In this document: positions 62,968 to 64,000 of the stretch, one piece after another
How positions within the stretch are numbered: the stretch's first letter is position 1
Layout of the letters: the number at the start of each line of letters is the position of its first letter
Source: a virus
Length of the DNA: 64,000 nt
Direction: 5' to 3' (one strand)
Virus record (IMG/VR): IMGVR_UViG_3300005915_000001
Location: 2,532-66,531 of that record
Translations under genes and position numbers: made by a program
The notes under the pieces: generated by a model
What the model saw: the letters and a program-made list of their open reading frames with translations, nothing else
Told to the model about the DNA's origin: nothing
Database searches by the model: none

Positions 62968-63252
62968 TTAAACGTATTTGTCGCATAAATCTTTCAACCT
63001 ACTTCGTCTCGTCGAAACAATTTTCAAATTACTTCTTCTATTATCTAATTTATCTCTGTTAATATGTTCAGCTCTACGTCTATCACCAGGTTTTAAACCT
63101 AAGATTTGGCGATGCATAGATACACCTAATCTCTTTGCAGAATAAGTATTACTGCTGCTGAGAACAGCCCACCACGTCCATTGGTTCAACCATTCAAAGT
63201 CTTCATCATCAACAGTTGCAAACTGTCCTTGTGTTAAACTAATCTGTTTCAT
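62968..63252 (-). CDS. HNH homing-endonuclease-like protein (short)
   Basis: LTQGQFATVDDED.EWL, MHR.IL, HINRDKLDNRRSNL. Confidence 0.8.
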   Translation of the reverse strand: MKQISLTQGQFATVDDEDFEWLNQWTWWAVLSSSNTYSAKRLGVSMHRQILGLKPGDRRRAEHINRDKLDNRRSNLKIVSTRRSRLKDLCDKYV

Positions 63253-63757
63253 TTCTTACTCCATGTAATCCTTCATAAAATATTTGATGGGCCCTAGCTT
63301 CACAGATACAATATTTTTTACCTATATCTTTAAAGTACATCCCTTGTAGTTTCAAAACAATAATTTCTTGAGTTCGTATAGGCAGCTTTCTAAGAACAAC
63401 TAATATCTCATCAACGTCATCATATGAATAACAGTAATCATTCCTCACGAAATCAAAACCATCAATAGTTCTAATTCTTAATTTAAATTCTAACTCTGCG
63501 ATATTGCGAGTTCTCCTCTTATGCCCACCAACGATATATTGGTTCATAGATCTGGTAGCTATTCGATAAATATATGACATCGATGAATCTAAATCCATTC
63601 GTCTAATCGAATCTAACCATGCGTGATTAATTAATTCATCAACATCGAATCCATATCGTACCAAAGAATATGCAGCGGACAACATTACATCATACCATTC
63701 AGGCTTCCAATTATTCAATGTACTTGACATTGCATCTTCTTCCAGGCTAATGCACAA
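63239..63757 (-). CDS. sigma-70 family (ECF-like) sigma factor / region-4 protein
   Basis: LRKLP.R.QEII.L...G..F.DIG....I...RAHQI; region-2-like D.DELI...W. Confidence 0.7.
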   Translation of the reverse strand: MCISLEEDAMSSTLNNWKPEWYDVMLSAAYSLVRYGFDVDELINHAWLDSIRRMDLDSSMSYIYRIATRSMNQYIVGGHKRRTRNIAELEFKLRIRTIDGFDFVRNDYCYSYDDVDEILVVLRKLPIRTQEIIVLKLQGMYFKDIGKKYCICEARAHQIFYEGLHGVRNETD

Positions 63758-63918
63758 TGATCCAACAACGATTCACCTCGGTCTTTATCACTACTAAGAA
63801 ATTCCATTTCAATGATTTCAAATTGATGGTGTATATCATTCAACTCATCTTCAAAGGTTACTCTTCCTAAACTGGGTAGAAATCTACAGCACATAGCGAC
63901 ATCGTGTTTAGCTTTCAT
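63715..63918 (-). CDS. hypothetical protein
   Basis: RBS AGGAG. Confidence 0.55.
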   Translation of the reverse strand: MKAKHDVAMCCRFLPSLGRVTFEDELNDIHHQFEIIEMEFLSSDKDRGESLLDHCALAWKKMQCQVH

Positions 63919-64000
63919 ATCTCCTAAGAAAAGCCTTTGTAGTGGACTGCAGCAATTCCATTTATATTTGAATTCAATCCATCCACGGAACTTAGAATGT

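Noticed and set aside
1-64000. tRNA, rRNA, integrase, reverse transcriptase/DGR
   Set aside because: None recognised by eye; tRNAscan-SE and HMM searches would be needed to exclude them formally.

Overview
This window is most of a tailed dsDNA phage genome (siphovirus-like: tape measure, lambda-type L/K/J tail tip, G/GT frameshift chaperones). Essentially all credible genes lie on the minus strand. Three sigma70-type promoters divide it into blocks. (i) From ~8.3 kb down: an early region of small genes plus a 5'-3' exonuclease, DNA ligase and two candidate cell-wall enzymes. (ii) 21.5 to 8.6 kb: replication and modification genes (SNF2 helicase, SSB-like protein, DnaG-primase/MCM-helicase fusion, PolA, DNA methyltransferases). 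(iii) 58.7 to 21.6 kb: packaging, head and tail genes followed directly by a 10-kb nonulosonic (sialic) acid and glycan-tailoring cluster. The most striking signal is in the early region, where the intergenic spacers are filled with structured RNAs: two canonical pseudoknotted type II hammerhead ribozymes, a third hammerhead-like element lacking stem III, a ~200-nt ncRNA, and three covarying copies of a hairpin motif I do not recognise, which sits in the same stop-codon-to-RBS slot as the hammerheads. Many of these genes share an 18-nt translation leader, and a CsrA-like gene missed by the ORF track lies in the same region. Other highlights: a probable virion-sialylation system (NeuA/NeuB plus three Maf/DUF115-like transferases), four methyltransferase paralogues with constant ends and different middles (two carry single-base lesions), two inverted copies of a large palindromic DNA element 40 kb apart, and a MuF-metallopeptidase with a candidate immunity gene. 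All product calls are from motif recognition by eye; no database search or folding program was run.
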